Assembly: GCA_965645245.1 (NCBI GenBank)
Contig: OZ287068.1
Location: 2,976,001 to 3,040,000, forward strand
Length of the DNA stretch: 64,000 nucleotides
Direction: 5' to 3'
Origin: Massalongia carnosa
Lineage: Eukaryota
Positions 53,131 through 64,000 of this stretch are shown here, piece by piece. The translations under genes were made by a program, and so were the position numbers. Every line of letters begins with the position of its first letter. The stretch's first letter is position 1. The notes beneath the pieces were generated by a model, which did no database searches, was not told the origin of the DNA, and saw nothing but the letters and a program-made list of their open reading frames with translations.

Positions 53131-56100
53131 AGGAGGATTTTTACAATTAGATGCTCATAAATTGATTTCAATGATGAAATGGCGAATGATAGTTGAATCC
53201 AAAGTCTCTTGAATTTTGGCATGGTGTATACCGATAGTGAGGTTCCCTATGCTAGGAACCGCAGGACATGCTCAGATCCGCAGCAGTCCGTCTAGTGCTC
53301 TCCTTTCCACTTCAGAATAATATTTTTAGATCTAGCCTCTCCTAATCTTGTCAGGCGGAGGTACTTCTATCATGTAACCTCCACGTAAATTACGGATTCC
53401 TCACTCATCCAAGACAGTTGACGGCGGCCCCGCTTATCTTTCCTGCGTCTCGCTCTCACATAAACCGGTTTATCGTCATACAAACGGAGCTAGGTCGTAT
53501 TGCGAGTGGTCTTTTCATCACGAAAATAAAGTCCGGCCACACTCAAGAACGCTCAACACGTAAGAACACGCATCAACGTAGGAAACACAACGAGGAAATG
53601 AAATGGCAATATATATGGAAGAAGAGCTGCATGCCCGTGATCTTTCTCATGTAAAGTGAACTAAACTAAGCTAGAATCAGGGAAGAAGCGTGTCACACGG
53701 CCTCGAAAATGCACATACAGAGGCTGTCTGCATGAAAAAACCATGCCCTATCGAATAATGATAGCGTCGATGACGCAGGACCACAGCCAGAAGGACGTGC
53801 TTAGTCTTTAGTGGAGGTTTCCAGAATAAAAGCCAGGAGATGAGTCCGGCAGATTTCCAGATTTCCACGTCTCCAAACGAATTCTTATGACTTTGGATGG
53901 CATTTTCTGCAGCAATGACATGCAATTCTCCATTTAAAATAAGCCAATCTGCTGTGCTTTCCTTACTTTCAGCGTTATTGAGCGAGTTTTATATTATTGC
54001 GAAACATCTTTAACAAAAGTTGAAACGCCGCTACTCGTCATCTCCATCTTTGTTATTGTGAAAACCTGCTGTTAGTGTATCTTCCTGGTTTGACTAGTAT
54101 TCCTTTTAATTTCCTCTGTCAAGGATCGATATGAGGAACGGATGTCCTACATATATAAAAACTTCGTTCTATGATTTGAGAGCCGTAATAGCGATAGTAC
54201 TGTCTTTTTAAACAGCTGTCCAGTTTCCGCCACAATGCTGCTGTGTCTTGTATTATTTCCTATTAGGCTCTAAACCTAGATACGACAAGAGCCCACCATT
54301 GGTATATCCTATCTCAAAGGCTAAATGTGTTGCTATTTCTTGACCTGTTTATGAAAGAGACTATCATGAAAACATGCGAGCTTTGTTTTATAAAAGTCTC
54401 ATAATTAAGGTGGGAGAAGAGTTTGTTTTCTTTCAAACAAGTTTGTGGTTGCTGTTGTGCTACTGTGGTATATATTAAATATACTCTCAAGTTGTATGGG
54501 TCTTACAGTTTTTCAGGGATTATACTCCAAAGTATGAAAAAGTAACTTGACAGCGAAGAACCGATATTGGACGCGATGTTCTTCTTTCAAAGACCAAGAC
54601 ATAAGAATCATAGTTTGTGTGGAAGATGACATGTTAAGTTTTGCAATATACTTGCCGTAGATCCAGTATGGCCAAACTCGTCGACACCAATGCGGGCCTA
54701 AAGCACACCCGGACAAAACTAGGGCCGGGTTTCTGAATTCCCACAAGAGACACAAAACATTCTCGTCAACAGATTGTTCTGGAAAATGAAATTGATATAT
54801 ACCGTCCAGGCTGGTATGGATCGTTAGCGGGCGACGGGCAGCAAGCACTGCCTCCATAAAGCGTCTCATAATGGATGTAATATCAGGATAGAGTATTCGG
54901 GTTATTGCTGCGCACCCGGGCCTATAATGAAGATCCGATCCCCTCCTGAAGTGACGCAAGCTGGATACGATGTCCGTACAGTGTAAAAAGCTGCTTCGAG
55001 GCTTCAGCTGACGATCTGATAGAGGGGCGGTCGAGCTTTGATAGCCAATCTGCGTCAGCATTTCTATGTCGGCAAGTAAAGAGATAGGGATGGTAGCGTT
55101 TATATGATGCCCACCGTAAGATAAATGTCTAAAGGTGCGTCCAAAAGCTCAATAGTAAGCATAGTTAAGCCTCCAGTTCCGATCGCGTCTCAGCCACACC
55201 AAGGATTCGCAGAGTGGCATTTTGGGGTTCTATGACATACAAGATTTCCCCTAGCGATATTAGAACTATAGAAATACTTCCCAAAGCAACTGAACGATGC
55301 TGAATGCATGAGAGACGTGGATCGATGAGCTTGGAGGGAGGGGGGGAAGCTTACGAAAGAGGACGAACTCAGGTCAGTGAATGCTTTTGTATTGCCACCC
55401 CTTCATCCCTGATCCTAGAGACTGAATGAATCACCCGATGATTAGCTACGCTTCCGTAAATCTCTCGACAAGTTGCCACGGCTCGATTGAGCTCAAGGGA
55501 GCTTGGTCTCCATTATCGGACAAAGGCAGCGACGGGCTTGTCCGTCAATAGAAAGTCTTGGATTGGAAAACATAGAGATGCTAATGATGAAAAGCCTAGC
55601 CCTAATTTGATCCGTTTTCATTTTGGCTATCTTTACACTCGTGGATCATGGGTGAACTGGAGATGAAGGCCGAAATGGAAATGAACACGATACCTACATA
55701 CAGAGAGCTAGCTAGCCAGGCTAAACTCCCCGTCCATCATAACCACTCTCGGGTTCTATTCTTCTTTATCATCTACACTCATCTACTTATTTGAATTGGG
55801 TACCAACCAGTAAATCTCGGTCCACGTTCATAAAGTTCAAAGTCCTTGCTTCCCGGAGGGGCTGTAACACTTCCAGGGCCAGAGATCCAAAGTTCTGATA
55901 GTTTGCTACCGATAGCTAAATTGATTAAGATCATTCCTCATGCAATCACAAGCTTACTTCATTATTTTCGTCACTCATTGATGAAGACGAATCCTTCGTT
56001 TGTGGATTTGATTCTTCGTTCGGCTTTCTTGGCTACAAGTATCCTTCCTTTCCCCCTCATCCACAGCAATCCTTCCTTCCTAGACTTCCCTCTACACTCT

Positions 56101-59100
56101 TTAAAACACAGGATAACATCTACCCTGGAGCCACAACAGTTCTTTACTTACCCGCAAAGGCTTTGAGTATGTCAACAAACGCGCCAAGGATTTTGAACGA
56201 TTGATCATTTGTAGGAATGGTACCACCTTGAAGAGAATGGTAACACCTTGAAGACATCTCTCTCTATCCCTTGCCTGCCTTCCCATTCCTGGTTAAGTGT
56301 TACATCTGTTACCATCTCATCATCAACTGTTCTCTTTCACCAACCCTCTGTCTTTCCCGACCGCCTTCTACGCCCCCATCGCGCTTCCTAGGACACTACG
56401 ATGACGGAATTTTACCGCTATAGGCATGAAGGCGTACGAAAGCACCAGTCTCGATAAGCTTTATCTGATGTCACCTCCTGAACACAGCCTGAATAATTTG
56501 CATGGGGTTATTACTACCAAATCACCAATTTATACATTGTTTAAGGAGAAAAGGCCGTGTGAAGCTAATGAACACGAGGCTACATATCTAGTCATCTACT
56601 TTTCAACAATTCAAGAAGAGAAATATAACTGAGTGGTCGGCTGAAAGTTTTTTTCTGGCTACGTTGCTAGTTGACAGACCATCACACTGGCTTGTTAATT
56701 TAATTGTTTGACTAGTTCGCTGATTGGCTGTGTCTTGCAATCAAGACATAAACAAAGTGGCATACCTTTTTCTTATCGAGAGAGCGAAGATAATGTTTCT
56801 TTGTATAATGACTTCTTAAGTATTATGAGGTATGAGCTACGTTCCTATCTAATAGATATTAACGTTAAAGGACTTTTTTATTTCAATCTCCATCTCAATC
56901 TCCAACCTAGCTCTGTTCTCCTCAAACACGGCCAGTTTTTTAGATTTGCATCACCCATTTTTCGCTCACGAATTCTTTGCGATGACTTAAAAATCATCTT
57001 CATCCAAAATCAACAATCCAGCTCTAGCTCGAATGGTCAAGAGGGAAACATGAAGGGGTTCTTCCAGAGCCGAGCTGTGAAAGCGAAATGCCTAGAGATT
57101 CCACCCCAAAAGGAAATTCAGAGTTTCTTTTCATCCCTTAATATTATATATTTACTCGTGGAATCTTCGACCTTGGCACTCGTTGGAAGCTCTTGGTCTA
57201 GTTCGAGACCATCTAAATCAATCTCCTTATCTGGAAGGAGCTCCGCCATGCGTCTATGCATATCTTCTACTCACACCTTTAGATTTGCTAAACACCTGCT
57301 GCACCTCCTATATCAACATCTCTGCTCGGCGGTGGGAGGGATCAAAAACCAGCTTTAGCAACGCCTTTCAACAAGCACTGCAATAGCTCTTGCGCATCCG
57401 TCTACTGTCAAATGCCCTTTTCGCCAGGGATTTAGCTGGATAATTCATATTTCTTGACTCGTTACCATTTTCTCATCGCTATAGCTATTTTCTTCAACGA
57501 GCGATAAGTTCCCCTTGGACTAGCTGATTCTTCCTTCCTCTTGATATGAACACACTAATAGCTTTCTCCGGTTTGCCTGAAGATCGTGATGCAACCCAAG
57601 AAAGGTTGCTCGAAGAAGTGGGTAGTGTTACTTTTTAGGTGGAACGATTGAAATCGTATGATTAACTTGTTTTCTGACATCCTGCAGCATGTTGTGAGTG
57701 GTGTATGTCGCATCTGGAGAATCGTGAGTTTCATGCAGCTACCCGCACACTCTCTTATTTCTTTGATTTGATCCTTAGCAGGGATATTGTCAAGTTGCGG
57801 CTATCACCGCGCCAGAGCTTCTGCAGGTATCCTCTCAGACGTAGACACCTTCCCTCAGAAACGATATAGAGTACAGAATATAACGACGAAACTTCATTAC
57901 TATTTTAGTTCCTCATATTAATCCATAATCAGCTTCTTTTCGGCCCCAAATAGCTCATCGGGACCAAGGGTCTTCCTTTCCGTTCTCTGAAATTCACGGT
58001 AATCTCAAGAACAAGCGTATGCCATCACCGCTAATGGGCATATAGATATGTTCTCCATGATTTTTAGATTGTCTATCCGGAAAGGAGGCGTTGACTAGAC
58101 TGGGCAAGGAGGTAAAATAACCTGTGAGCCAGGAGTATAAAACTTGTCATCTCCTTCCCGGAGGAAACCACTCTTTGGACCTTTTTGCTGTGGGGCTGAA
58201 CGAGCCCTATCTTGACTCTTGTAAAACTTCGGGCATCATCTCTTCCATAATTTCTCAGACCTTCTCTGTGAAGTTCTTGGGGTTCGAAGCATCTCTCCTT
58301 CACTACCTTCATTCTCTTGAGCTTCGCTCGGCCTTACATAGCATATTTTGTTTCCAAAGATCTCTCAAATTTCTTCTATATCCTATTTTCATTTATTGTT
58401 CTGGGTGCTTTACGGTATGGTTTCTCAATTTCGGCCTTGCAGTCACAAATAAAACGATCAACAGGGCCTTGAATAACAAGTTCCGAGAGCCACGAGAGGA
58501 AGGAAATCAACTCCACCGCAAAGACGAGGTTGAATTAGCAATGTTTCTTGTACCCCTGTATTCTTATCTCCTCGGTGCCTTTCCTTTATTTGTATCTCTA
58601 GTATCTCAATTGTGGTCAACTCGCTGCCAAATTTTAGTCCAATATTGGGCAGTTCACTGAAGTCAAAGAAATGCAAATAGCCGGAGAGCTTCAGGATCTC
58701 CTCCGCTACCAAGGGTGTCTTTTTTGCATCCAAGCCAACTTTAGTACGCTTTTGCCTGCTTTCCTTCGTGTCTCGCTAGAGCTGGTCTCTCCTCAGAATA
58801 AGTTCCAATCTTCCACAATCTGCTTGAACTTCTCCCACAAGGAAGCTCTCGGACTGAAAGTGGATTTTCTCCCAAGCTTCGGAATCCCCGAAGCTATCGT
58901 CGTTATGATGGCATACTAGAGTCTTCAAAATTCTTAAAGATGATCTATTTGGAGCTTCTTCGTATATCAAACATGAATTTCGCTAACTCAACGTGGAAGA
59001 ACAGGTTTAGAAGGACCACTTCCATACCCTTTAACATATTCTCCAGATGGAAGACGCTGTTAAGGCGATAGCCCTCAAACCATAACTAAAGGATGAATAG

Positions 59101-60160
59101 GGGTTAGTATCGTTGCAAAATTTGGTGAGATAGACGGTCACGGTGGGGGGCTCTTTGCTGAGCGACTTCTGGATGTATTGCGAATGCAAATCCTTGCGAT
59201 AAATCCATCCACGGTTTTGAGCTTGATATGATGGATATGGTTGATCGTTAAGTCTGGCCTTAACTCTAAATCAAGATCAAGCGGGATATTGTTCTCCCGG
59301 TGGAGTGGTTTGCCACCTAAAGCCATGGCCCCGCTCCTGATACAAGAAAGAAGTGCAATTATTGTCGTTTGAATATGTTCTTGTGTCTGTTTTCATCATC
59401 CGCAGTTCTACCTTGACGAGAGCTCTGAATGAGGAGTTGGATACTTTTAGTGACGTCCGACAAATGTCTAGAGAAATGGTGAGAGAAGGCAGTTCTGGGA
59501 TATCTAAAGGGTCCCGCTATCCGTACACCTCCTATTACATCATCCCAGTGATGAAGATGATAAAAGATAATGATGATGAAAATTACAGACTTGTGAGATA
59601 TTTTACCTAAGTCTGAGTTTCACTAACGGTTCCTGAAGTTATGATTGATCGAGGTTTTAGCTCCGATGACTCGAGGAGAGAGGAGAGTTCGGATAACGGG
59701 ATCCTATCTAAACGTAAGTTCTCTTCCCGGTTGGGAGTCAGCCTTTTCTACGGAAGAAAAGATCATGGCTTATAGTCTCCGCAGCAAATTTCCTCGATGT
59801 CGAAGTGGTATTGAAGCGCGCCCAAGCTAATAGAAGCAGGTGAAACTTAAGAAACACCCCCACACGCAAAGCCCTTAAAGAAAATCGTGGATCTACCTGA
59901 TTTCTGCGTTCTATCCTTTGTCGAGATTTGGTGGTTTTACTGACCATCAGCGAGAAATATCAGGATCTCAATTGGTTGACCTGATTGTTTCACCATGAAG
60001 TTTTCAATGCCGAACGACCATGCTAGCTAGCTTGCCGGTCTTGTCGTCAATACTGATGGTTTGAAATTTTGCAGCATTGGCGATGGTGTTTATATACCCC
60101 TCATGGCCGCTCTTAGGGCTGAGGCTGTGCAAGAAAAGATCTAATTCACAGCATGCACGA

Positions 60161-60380
60161 ATGATCAGTTCTTGCTCGAAGTACTACGCATGTGATCAGC
60201 TCTCAATCGAAGGAATATGCATAAATGATTAGTTCTTAAGAAAAGAGATACAGATGATCTCGATGGAAGGACAAATCATCAGCTTTCGATCGAAGAAACC
60301 CGTGTGAATGATCAGCCAATAAAAAAAATTACATATGAGTGATCAGATTCAAATAGAGTAAGCTTACATAAAAGGTCAGT
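60161..60380. repeat. Degenerate tandem array, period mostly ~29-33 bp, core RTGATCAG
   Basis: Units begin near 60161, 60192, 60225, 60254, 60275, 60308 and 60339; several also carry TCGAAG. Confidence 0.55.
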
Positions 60381-63166
60381 CACTTTATATTCCGCGCAAC
60401 TTTCAAGTAGACATCGCCGAAAACCCGAGATTATCTTTCCTCAATTCTAGTCCCCTCAGGACATTGCTGTTGCCCTAGAGGTTCATGTTGAGCCATACGG
60501 TGGCCGCCAGTGCAGATCCTTTAAGAAGACTAACTTGGTGACCTATTCCGACCTTCCATGAAGAAAGAGGGCTTCTATAGTTCCTTAGAGGCAGGATGAC
60601 TTCGTATGATCTACTCTATCATAGGAATTTCAGATTACCCAAGATAACATTTACTGCAGGAACTATGGATAACTTCTTTTAGTCCGGGATGTCTAATCCT
60701 TTTCCTTATCCCTATCTTCCTACCCAGCAAAGTCCTTCTAACGAAAACACCCTGGCTCCACTCTAGGTCGGCCACTCTTATCACTAATGTATTAGCAGCT
60801 CCTTTGTTGGGGTTTGTATGCTTTGATGACTGGGCCTAAGAAAGGACAGAGGAATTTGAGAAAGGGTACACGGGGTGGCTGAATCCATCTCCCCTCACGA
60901 ATTTCCTTTGTGCTTCGAGTGTTATTAAACCTTATAAGGCTGAGGTCAATTTCTTTACTTGGCAAAATTCCACAAACAAATCTGCTAGAAACCAGAGCCT
61001 ACTTATGACTATCTTCATTCAAGCTCACCTTTCTTCCAATCTTCTTACACGATTCATTCTATCTAATTCAGATGAGTATCTCCAGTTCGATAAGAGGTGA
61101 ATAACGACCAGGTACCAAGTATTGATAAACTGAGCAATGAGTAATCACCAAGTACCCTCTTCACCTTCTTTCTTTTCGTCTAGGCTCTTCTCTACACATC
61201 CCTTCCTACCTTTCAATATCCACGGACACATTCCCTATCCTTCATCAAAAAATATGATCGACCACCTACCATCGTTTCTTTTCTCTTCTCCTCAATCCAC
61301 CACCAGTATCCTCGGCCATATCCTACTCCTCTTAGCCACGAGTTCTGAGGAGGGCTTGGTTAATGTTAAGGAAGATACTACTAGCTTAACATAGAGCACA
61401 TCACTATCCTTCTCCCATCATTTGGGATATACTTCCTTCATCTTACAAAAGCTCTAAGGCCCACACACGCTTACGTTGTTATTATTTATCAGCATCAATA
61501 CATCGTCGACCATGGCTCTAGTGATGGTTTTAGGTGGCGACATACTAGAAAGGGATATCGTGATCTTCGAACACATTACTGCTTGCAGGGACGATGGAGC
61601 TTTACTTGACTCAACAACCATTATCCATATCATTACATCGTCAACCATGGCCACTGTCGTGATCTCAGCTAGCAGCTAGGGGGTATCATTTTACTAATCA
61701 CCAACATGCTTCTCCTATTTAGGTGATTTCTTTTTTATACACGTTGATCAGTTTAGTATGTATGTGCACTACTCCAAAATATTTGTCTTTTGTATTTGCA
61801 TCTAACGTTGCTTCAGCTTTTCAGCTATATCCCTCCGCAAGATCCCTCACCCTTTCTGAATAACCTACAGAAATACAAGACGATCACATTGAACCGTAGC
61901 CGGGAGATGACCCTAGAGATGCGATCTTCCCATTTCTCGTCTTATCAGGTCAAATACCAAGTAAACCCTGCTTTCGATTCGGCCTTTACGATTCATCTTA
62001 TTTTTTATCCGGTTCACTAAACAGAAGAACTGGGATGGCCTCTCTTCTCAGTCCGGATCCCTTGGCCCAATCTACATCATTCTTCATCAGGATGCAGTAC
62101 CCAGATTGGGATTTCATAAACCTTGTTTGATGTTGTTACTCATCCGCCTCCTCGCCGTGGATGAAACATCTAGACCCCTGCATGCAACCTAACACCCCTA
62201 GTTTCCGACTACACCTTGCTTGACTACTTAAGCGATACCCGTAGGGAGACTCCAGTTTAGATCAGCCTTCTTAAGACTGTGATACCTTGTTTACAGTTAC
62301 ATACTTATGCTCTTCGATCGATTCGGTATATAAATTGTACCGCCAGAACCCTTTGAGAAAACCCTTTACTTTGCGTGTCGAAAGATTGGCCTCTTATTAA
62401 CTTGGAGTCGTTTCGACAATGGAGTGCTGGGTCATACGGTCTGGTACATCATTAGACCACCAATCTAATTTATGATCTGAACTGCAAGGAGCCATGAAGC
62501 TATTCAGAGCTTTCAAAGATATGGATGCCGACCCCTCTTTCCCAAATTATATTACAGTACTTCGGACTTCCAAGAGTTTCTCCAGCTACTCCCTCGATAG
62601 CTAATATGAAAAAAATCCAGAGACACCATAATGATCGCCAGCTTAGTTTGGAACCGCATTATGCTGGACACCCTGTTTCCAAAGCTTTGATGGAAACAAG
62701 CTTTGAAGATATTTTTTAGTAGATATTGTCCAAGATAAGTGCTAGGAGTGAGACAAATCATCTATTTTTCTATTAGCTTTAACACTGGTACGCAAGTCGT
62801 GCTCTGAAGGTTATTAACAGCTATGAAATCTTCCTTTCAGCTTTGGAATAGAGAATGTCTAGAAAGCGCATGGGTACCATATTTCATTCTTCTAACTCTA
62901 CAGAAATGCTTCAAGTGCTCCAGAAATTGTTTCCACTACCTCAAGGATAATTTGGCAACCAAACCCCTGAACGATGGTCTCTTACGCTTTCACACCAGAC
63001 TTCATCTCAAGGATTTTTGATTACGTGCTTCAAAGGTGAGAGATCTCCAAGAAATCATCAATCCTTTCACACATATATTGAAAGAAGAAAGCCCACGGGT
63101 AGAAAAACTAAATATCCCGCTCACTTATATTTATTGTATGGAGTTATAGTGCCTACATTCGAAGAT

Positions 63167-63880
63167 GATGATGATGATGATTGATTCTTGTACCGATCTG
63201 ACACCGGCCGAAGGCCGGCCCATGCGGGCTATCTACTTATTCTTACAGGGAAAACCTTTTAAAGGGATAAAAACCATGCAGACTGCGCCATTATCCCAAA
63301 CGTGTTCCGTTTCTGGACAGCATTCTTCGCTCGATGTTCTGTGAAATCCTTGACAAAATGAGAGTTATCATTCGTATAACAGTTGCGATGCTAGTGAAAA
63401 TTGGGTCAGCAAATTTGCTTTTATTATCCATGTGGTTAGTTTTTTCAACATTTTCGACGAGCTCATGATCGTTCGAAAGTCGTTGGTGCCTATTTGTTTT
63501 AGCACTTCGTATCTGCCGTCGATTAGCCTGCAATGTAGAATAATGTGTTTGGCTGTCTGCTTCTGCCATCCGCACGAGCAGGCCGGGGTCATAACGCCCA
63601 GTACCCGACGATTGAACAGAAAGTTTGCCAAGCCTATTTTTTCGGTGCGGATTTGCGTGGTTAGCGCGCTTTCCGCTTTCATCAGGTTGTTGTGAATCTT
63701 CAGTCTCGTCCTACTGAGAGATCCCAACTGTGCCTCTGTCGGGCGGGGAATGCGGTTCTGGTACGTCTTCTATTTGGAGTCCCAGCGTTCCTTGATGCGT
63801 TCTGTGGTGGCCTTTGTGTGTTTCTCTATGGTATGGCGTGTCGTGGTGCATTTTTCGAGGTGCGCCGGGTCGGGTGTAGA
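63167..63880 (-). mobile_element. 5'-truncated LINE (Tad1-like) 3' fragment with (ATC)n tail and 13-bp TSD
   Basis: ORF2 C-terminal remnant QIRTEKIGLANFL...CSCGWQKQTAKHIILHC (CCHC knuckle); (GAT)n at 63164-63181; TACATTCGAAGAT at both 63154-63166 and 63881-63893. Confidence 0.9.
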
Positions 63881-64000
63881 TACATTCGAAGATAACACAA
63901 GCATAATAAACCTATTGTATTCGTGGTTTAACAAAACATCGGACTTCAGAAACGTAACTTGAATTTTTTCCTGAGGAATTTTCAGTTTCGAACATTGGAG

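Noticed and set aside
43628..56244. Short tandem duplications (13 bp at ~43628, 11 bp at ~46180, 20 bp at ~56215)
   Set aside because: Ordinary slippage duplications with no further structure.
56708..57358. 216-aa + strand ORF
   Set aside because: TTG start, S/L/F-rich composition typical of non-coding or antisense sequence, no domain.
59548..59617. GTGATGA ... CTGA resembling a box C/D snoRNA
   Set aside because: No terminal stem or recognisable rRNA antisense element; lies in GAT-rich low-complexity sequence.
60161..60380. CRISPR-like repeat-spacer pattern
   Set aside because: Eukaryotic genome, conserved core only ~8 bp and no cas genes; kept only as a degenerate tandem array.

Overview
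Eukaryotic DNA from a filamentous ascomycete (Pezizomycotina), judged from short GT-AG introns with CTRAC/CTAAC branch points and the fungal housekeeping orthologues. Positions 1-32 kb are a gene-dense conserved block: a partial Chp1-like gene, ATP2, COX5, ClpX/MCX1, glycogen branching enzyme, GAPDH, HDA1, an F-box gene, a coiled-coil gene, RVB2, LIN1 and UFD1, plus one internally deleted Tc1/mariner element. The main find lies at 32.7-53.1 kb and is largely invisible in the ORF track because the N-terminal domains are split by introns. It is a cluster of six highly diverged paralogous genes for small (149-216 aa) proteins, each with one N-terminal Myb/SANT-like three-helix domain, a basic disordered linker and an acidic tail rich in psi-K-x-E motifs. 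The copies share intron positions, and one has a stop at codon 6. An intronless NEK/NIMA-like kinase and a piggyBac element with non-TTAA flanks sit inside the cluster. The last ~10 kb is gene-poor and ends with a 5'-truncated LINE carrying a 13-bp TSD. All exon models were built by eye and no database searches were run.
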